A stretch of DNA of 40,014 nucleotides, taken from contig JAADGU010000012.1 of the NCBI GenBank assembly GCA_013152195.1, positions 1-40,014 on the forward strand, in the 5' to 3' direction. Origin of the DNA: Nitrospirota bacterium. Its GTDB lineage: Bacteria; Nitrospirota; Thermodesulfovibrionia; Thermodesulfovibrionales; JdFR-85. The translations under genes and the position numbers were made by a program. The notes under the pieces were generated by a model. It was not told the DNA's origin and ran no database searches. It saw only the letters and a program-made list of their open reading frames with translations. The number at the start of each line of letters is the position of its first letter. The first letter of the stretch is position 1. This document shows positions 34,836 through 40,014 of the stretch, piece by piece.

Positions 34836-36008
34836 CTATGATTTCAGCATTTTCATTACATCAATGAGTGAAAGACCTGTTTTTTCTGCAATCCTGCGGC
34901 AGTCCTCGTATTCAGGGACTGCTTTTCTGTAACCATCGGTGTCGACAACCTTGAATCTTACCGGTCCAAACTCTGTATCCATCTCTTTTATCTCCCTCTC
35001 AAGGTATATCCTTTCCGTTTCATGGAAACGTATTCCGAGGGTCGGTGTTTCTTCAAACATAATGTTAACGAGTCTTTCCCTTGTGGCAGGATAGGCGATT
35101 ACCTGCAGCAAAATTCCCGGCCTGCTTTTTTTCATTATCACAGTGTTTAGGAAGACATCAAGGGCTCCTTCCTTGAAAAGTCTCTCCATGAGGTATTCAT
35201 AGACCTGAGGGTTCATGTCATCGATGTTGGTCTCAATCACTGTTACCAGTTCACTCGATCCCCTTTTATGATGACCCTTGTGGGGTTTTATTGTCTTGTT
35301 CCCGATAAATACCCTGAGTATATTGGGTTGTTCTTTCAGGATATGCCCGCCTGCACCGGTCCCGGTGCTGTCAATTGTCATTTCCGGAAAGTGACCAAAG
35401 GATGTGGCTGTTTCTGTAATTATGGCAGCACCAGTCGGAGTGGTCAGCTCCTTCTGTATGCCTGTAGAGAAGACAGGTTTGCCCTTCAGGAGCTGAACAG
35501 TGGCAGGTGCGGGGACAGGCAAGAGGCCATGTTCGCTTGAAACGGTCCCTCCTCCAAGGTTCAGAGGGGAAGATACGACCTCTTTTATGCCAAGGATCTT
35601 CAGGCACAGGAGTGTTCCGATAATGTCTACTATACAGTCTGTTGCAGAGAGCTCGTGGAGATGAAGGTCTTTCAGTCTCCCGCCGTGAACCCTTCTCTCT
35701 GCCTGAAACAGCCTCCTGAATATTCTGAGTCCGCTTTTTTTAATGTTTGGGGGTAGATCTGAATCTTCAATTATGGTTGAGATATCATCAAAGCTACGTG
35801 TTGGCTCGTCTTTTTTGACAACAACTTCAATCTTTGTTGCTGAAATACCTCCACGCTTCACCTTCCGTCTTCGTATATCATAAGTGACCAGGTCCATGGC
35901 ATTCAGCCCCTCCCTGAGCTTATCAAGAGGGGCTCCTGCATCCACAAGGGCTCCAAGAGACATATCTCCGCTTATTCCCGAAAAACAATCAAAGTAGGCA
36001 ATTCTCAC
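34836..36008 (-). CDS. larC: nickel-pincer cofactor nickel insertion protein LarC (DUF111/UPF0272)
   Basis: MRIAYFDCFSGISGDMSLGALVDAGAP... and the family-typical length. GTG start with GGAGG upstream. Confidence 0.85.
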   Translation of the reverse strand: MRIAYFDCFSGISGDMSLGALVDAGAPLDKLREGLNAMDLVTYDIRRRKVKRGGISATKIEVVVKKDEPTRSFDDISTIIEDSDLPPNIKKSGLRIFRRLFQAERRVHGGRLKDLHLHELSATDCIVDIIGTLLCLKILGIKEVVSSPLNLGGGTVSSEHGLLPVPAPATVQLLKGKPVFSTGIQKELTTPTGAAIITETATSFGHFPEMTIDSTGTGAGGHILKEQPNILRVFIGNKTIKPHKGHHKRGSSELVTVIETNIDDMNPQVYEYLMERLFKEGALDVFLNTVIMKKSRPGILLQVIAYPATRERLVNIMFEETPTLGIRFHETERIYLEREIKEMDTEFGPVRFKVVDTDGYRKAVPEYEDCRRIAEKTGLSLIDVMKMLKS

Positions 36009-36224
36009 GAAACCTCCGGATAAAAAACTATTTTACCTCATGGCTGTAAAAAAATGCATGAGGTCCGGCCTGCCAGAAAAAAACAGGCGTAACCTGTCTT
36101 TCTGTCGCAGTTTTTTTCAATGTTGCGAAGTTGCTACTCAAAGTTATTGACATATAAGGATAATTATTGATACCCTATGATTAGGGGTCTAACATAATGA
36201 TATCATGGTTCACGGTAGGATATA

Positions 36225-38705
36225 ATGACAGATAAGGCCGAGGTATTCAGAGAAGCTCAGAGATTTCTTTCAAAGGGTCAGATAGATAAAGCTATCTATG
36301 CATGGCGGGAGTATGTCGGCCAGCATCCTGACGGCAATATTTATAATACCATAGGGGACCTCTGTCTTAAGAGTGGAAATCGTTCACAGGCAATTGAATA
36401 CTTCCATAAGGCTGCTGAATATTTCAGGGATGAAGGATTTGTAACCAAGTCACTGGCCCTCTATAAAAAAATTCTTAATATTGATTCCCTTGACCCCAAG
36501 GCATTGTTGTTTATTGGCAGACTGAATGAGGAAAAAGGTCTGATTACCGATGCCATCAAATATTATCTTGCCTCTATTGATGCCTATATCAAGCATGGAA
36601 TAAGGGATGAACTCATCCCCATATGTGAAAGAATAATTAATCTTGCCCCTTCCAACCTCTCCTTGAGGGTAAAACTTGCGGAATATCTTCAGAAAGAGGG
36701 TTATGTTGAAGAAGCAGCCAGAGAATATCTGGATGTAGGAAGGATATCTGAAGAAAAGGGTGATGTTGCTAAGGCAAGGGAATACTATGAGAGGTCGTTT
36801 GAGCTCTATCCACGACAGGAAACTATCTATAAACGCATGGCTGATTTTTATATTTCCCAGGGGCTTATGGAGAATGCAAGAGAACTCCTCGGCAAGGGGA
36901 TAGAACTGTATCCTGACAATATTCAGATACAGCTGCGTTACTCTGAGCTTCTTCTGAAGGAGGGAGACCTTGCAACTGCAAAGGATATGCTCCTCAATAT
37001 TCTCTCCACGTATCCCATAGAGTCAGGTGACGAGATTGCTATTGAGGCAAGCAGGCTTCTTGGAGATCTCTATCTTGAGGAGGGTCAGAAAGAACTTGCC
37101 TGGCGTAGTTATAAAACGGTGCTGGATGATTATATCGGAAGAGGGCTGTATGAAGAGGCTGTAAGGTTTCTGAAGAAATTCAGGGATACGGCGCCACTTG
37201 AGTGTTCGGAAAAGCTTGTCGAGGTTTACAATGAACTCGGGAAAGAGGATGCCCTCTTTGATGAACTACTAACGCTTGCTGAGATACAATCAGGTCAGGG
37301 AGCTTTAGAGGATGCGTTTACCTCTTACATAGAAGCAAGGAAGATCAGGCCTGATTCAGAAGCCGTAATCTCCAGAATAGCGGAACTGGAGGAGAAACTT
37401 GGCATTACTTTTCCGTCTGAGAAAGAAGAGAAGGCAACCGACGAGAAACTTGTTGATGTGGATATCTTTTTAAGATATGGCCTGATGGATGAGGCTGTGG
37501 ATGTTCTGGAAAAACTTAAGGTTGAAGAGCCTGAGAATCTGGAAGTTCATAAAAGGTTGAAGGATATCTATCTTGAGATGAATGATAAAGAGGGGGTCGT
37601 GACAGAATGTCTTATTATCGCCAAGATACATGAAAAAGAGGGGCGGATGGAACAAAGGGAGCAAGCGCTCAAGGAGGCTTTTGAGATAGACCCGGAGGAT
37701 CCGAGGCTGTTGGAACTCTCCAGTGCCACAGAGGAAGTTAGCGCTTCACCGTCTCCTGATTCCACGTTCGAGGAGTCAGGGATCCTAACGTTCGAAGATG
37801 AGTCCGAAGTGCCGGAAGGAGGGACTGAGACGGCAGATGTCTATGAGACTTCTGTGAGGCCACCATCTATTGAGGATTTTAAAGACGACCTGTCAGAGGC
37901 AGAGTTTTATATGCGTCAGGGTTTATACCAGGAAGCCCTTTCATCATACACCAGGGTACTTGAGATTTTTCCTGACAATAAAGAGTTACTGGCAAAGGTC
38001 TCGGATATCAAGAACAGGCTTTCTACAGTTGAGACCTCAATTTCAATAAAGCCTGAGGATGATAAGGCTGGTTTTTCAGAAGACATGCCCGCTGATTTTT
38101 CAGAGGAGATACCCCTTGATATTGCATCTGAAACCGGGCCTGTTACAGGTGGAGTTATTACTGAAGAACCTGTTGAGGAGGAGGTGCCTGAACCGAGCCT
38201 TGATAGCGAAGTGCTTGAGATATTTGAAGAATTCAAACGAGGGGTTTCTGAGGAACTTGAGGAGGAGGATTCGGAGACTCACTATAATCTCGGTATAGCT
38301 TATAAGGAGATGGGACTTATTGATGATGCCATAAAAGAATTCCAGACTGCAAGGAGGGATCCGAGCAGAAAGGTTCAGGCTGCAAGCATGCTCGGACTCT
38401 GTTTTATGGAGAAGAAACTCTATTCCCTGGCCATTGATGCCTTGCGGGAGGCGATAGATAATATAGCGGAGAGGGACGGGGCTTATTGGAGTACAAAGTT
38501 TGAACTTGCAGAGGCATATGAGAAAAATGATGAGATTGAACAGGCCCTGAATCTGTATGTCGAGATTTACGGATGGGATTCGAAGTTCAGAAACGTTGGC
38601 GAGAAGATAACTGTTTTGAAAGAAAAGTTGGGCGTTGATGAATCTGAGGCTGCAGTAATTGAGGATACCTTCAAGCAGGGAAAAGACAGGATTTCATACT
38701 TGTAA
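36225..38705 (+). CDS. large cytoplasmic TPR-repeat protein with an acidic central linker
   Basis: 826 aa with no signal peptide. TPR-like repeats over residues ~1-500 and ~690-800. A Glu/Asp/Ser/Pro-rich low-complexity region lies between them. Confidence 0.75.
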   Translation: MTDKAEVFREAQRFLSKGQIDKAIYAWREYVGQHPDGNIYNTIGDLCLKSGNRSQAIEYFHKAAEYFRDEGFVTKSLALYKKILNIDSLDPKALLFIGRLNEEKGLITDAIKYYLASIDAYIKHGIRDELIPICERIINLAPSNLSLRVKLAEYLQKEGYVEEAAREYLDVGRISEEKGDVAKAREYYERSFELYPRQETIYKRMADFYISQGLMENARELLGKGIELYPDNIQIQLRYSELLLKEGDLATAKDMLLNILSTYPIESGDEIAIEASRLLGDLYLEEGQKELAWRSYKTVLDDYIGRGLYEEAVRFLKKFRDTAPLECSEKLVEVYNELGKEDALFDELLTLAEIQSGQGALEDAFTSYIEARKIRPDSEAVISRIAELEEKLGITFPSEKEEKATDEKLVDVDIFLRYGLMDEAVDVLEKLKVEEPENLEVHKRLKDIYLEMNDKEGVVTECLIIAKIHEKEGRMEQREQALKEAFEIDPEDPRLLELSSATEEVSASPSPDSTFEESGILTFEDESEVPEGGTETADVYETSVRPPSIEDFKDDLSEAEFYMRQGLYQEALSSYTRVLEIFPDNKELLAKVSDIKNRLSTVETSISIKPEDDKAGFSEDMPADFSEEIPLDIASETGPVTGGVITEEPVEEEVPEPSLDSEVLEIFEEFKRGVSEELEEEDSETHYNLGIAYKEMGLIDDAIKEFQTARRDPSRKVQAASMLGLCFMEKKLYSLAIDALREAIDNIAERDGAYWSTKFELAEAYEKNDEIEQALNLYVEIYGWDSKFRNVGEKITVLKEKLGVDESEAAVIEDTFKQGKDRISYL

Positions 38706-38782
38706 TTGGTGCCAATCGGGGTGTATTATTATAATACAAATCCTGATTGTATTAAGGTAAAGCCTCCAGGGAAATAACATAT

Positions 38783-39597
38783 ATGGATTATCTTAAATAC
38801 TATAAGCTGAAAGAGCATCCCTTCTCGAATGTTGTGGACAACAAGTTTTACTATAACAGTGTCCAGCATTCCGATGCCCTTACCAAGTTGAAATATGCGA
38901 TGGAGAGCAAGAAAGGGCTTGCAGTGGTTATAGGATCGGGACAGGAAAGACCACACTTGCAAGAAGATTGCTTGAGGAACTCGACGAGGAACACTTTGAG
39001 GCAACCCTGCTTGTGGTGATTCATTCTGCTGTCAGTTCAGACTGGTTGCTCAAAAAGTTTGCAATACAGTTTGGAGTTGAAAAGGTGAAAGAAGATAAGG
39101 TGGAGGTGCTCGGTCAGATATACAGGCGTCTTCTGGAGATCAACGAGTCAGGAAGAAAAGCTGTAGTCCTGATTGATGAGGTGCAGATGTTGAATTCCGG
39201 GGAGATAATGGAGGAATTCAGGGGATTGCTGAATATGGAGATGGCTGATGGCAAGATGGCGAATTTTGTCTTTTTTGGTCTCCCGGAGCTTGAAGATGTG
39301 CTTGCCCTGGACGAACCCCTGCAACAGAGGGTTGCTATGAGGATAAGACTTCACTCCCTTTCTGAAAACAACACTATCGATTACATCCGTTACAGGCTGC
39401 ATGTTGCTGGCTCTGATGACATATTCACTGATGAGGCTCTATCGAGAGTCTATTATTTCTCGAGGGGAATCCCGAGACTTATCAACACGATCTGTGACAA
39501 TGCGCTCCTTGAAGGTTATTTAATGAAGAGAGAAAAAATTGATGAAGGTATTATGGATACCGTAGCTGTTGACCTTGGCTTGAAATCCGAGAAATAA
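38783..39597 (+). pseudogene. ExeA/MshM-like AAA (P-loop) ATPase interrupted by a frameshift at the Walker A motif
   Basis: ORF 38783-39019 has the ExeA-type N-terminus (YYKLKEHPFSNVVDNKFYYNSVQHSDALTKLKYAM..GLAVVIG). The P-loop IGTGKTTLARRLL and the rest (VLIDEVQ Walker B, FFGLPEL) are in the -1 frame and continue as ORF 38968-39597. Confidence 0.8.
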
Positions 39598-39657
39598 GCA
39601 ATCAATATCATCTCTGAAGCAGCATTGTAATCATTCCTTAATCTCCGGATCGGTTAT

Positions 39658-40014
39658 TTACTGGTGTAGGGCAGCCTCTATGGCCTCATGTATATCTCCC
39701 ACCCCGGTAACCTGTAGTGATGTCTTGTGTTTTAGCCTTCTCATGTTGCTCTCAGGCATGATTGCCTTTTTAAATCCTATTTTTTCTCCCTCGTTAAGCC
39801 TGGCCTCAGCCTGATTTACCGCCCTTATCTCTCCTGAAAGTCCTGCCTCTCCGAAGACAAACAGGTCGTTGGGCAGGGGGATTTCACGCAGAGAGGATGC
39901 TATGGAGAGGATTATGGGGAGGTCAGTTGCGGGTTCTGCTATCCTGAGGCCTCCCACTACATTTACATAGATGTCTGTGAGTCCGAGATGCAATCCGCCT
40001 ATTTTTTCCAGGAC
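39658..40014 (-). CDS. radA: DNA repair protein RadA, C-terminal Lon-protease-like domain (5' part beyond the right edge)
   Basis: VLEKIGGLHLGLTDIYVNVVGGLRIAEPATDLPIILSIASS...VFGEAGLSGEIRAV. The frame is open to the window edge. Confidence 0.88.
   Translation of the reverse strand, partial: VLEKIGGLHLGLTDIYVNVVGGLRIAEPATDLPIILSIASSLREIPLPNDLFVFGEAGLSGEIRAVNQAEARLNEGEKIGFKKAIMPESNMRRLKHKTSLQVTGVGDIHEAIEAALHQ

Noticed and set aside
34735-34932. 65-aa plus ORF between the zinc-ribbon gene and larC
   Set aside because: It overlaps the larC 3' end in antisense. The product is hydrophobic and Phe/Leu/Ser-rich from a T-rich strand, and there is no SD.
1-40014. Genomic island, prophage, defence island or CRISPR locus
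   Set aside because: I found no integrase, transposase, phage structural genes, restriction, Cas or other recognisable defence genes. There are no tRNA flanks and no direct-repeat/spacer array. Housekeeping genes are interspersed throughout.

Overview
Gene-dense chromosomal window with about 33 protein genes on both strands and many 1-4 nt gene overlaps. I saw no rRNA, tRNA, CRISPR array, transposase or integrase. Housekeeping genes: class A PBP, rluB, aspS, mnmA, a dapL-type aminotransferase, folK, hisH, larC and radA. Signalling genes are unusually abundant: a giant PAS/GAF histidine kinase with a receiver and a GAF protein; a TetR plus three-part RND efflux operon; a USP-V4R-GAF/GGDEF operon; and a Crp-type regulator next to a CHASE2 nucleotidyl cyclase. 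The protein content suggests an anaerobic Nitrospirota/Desulfobacterota-like bacterium (low confidence). Main points: (1) Two copies of a 130-150 nt intergenic element (10904-11035 and 22286-22435) share a conserved core and show several compensatory stem changes, so they are a candidate structured RNA or a palindrome-associated mobile element. (2) A cyclase-linked cluster holds Crp, a CHASE2 cyclase, a secreted FecR-TPR-beta-barrel fusion, a 71-aa Cys/Trp-tailed protein and a stand-alone two-CW Cys-rich protein, with none of the usual partner genes. (3) Further long palindromic intergenic elements sit at 23802-23938, 33548-33694 and 22676-22700. (4) Three genes carry single frameshifts (PBP1A, the RND pump, the ExeA-like ATPase); these may be assembly errors. 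All calls come from reading the sequence and ORF translations. No database search was run.
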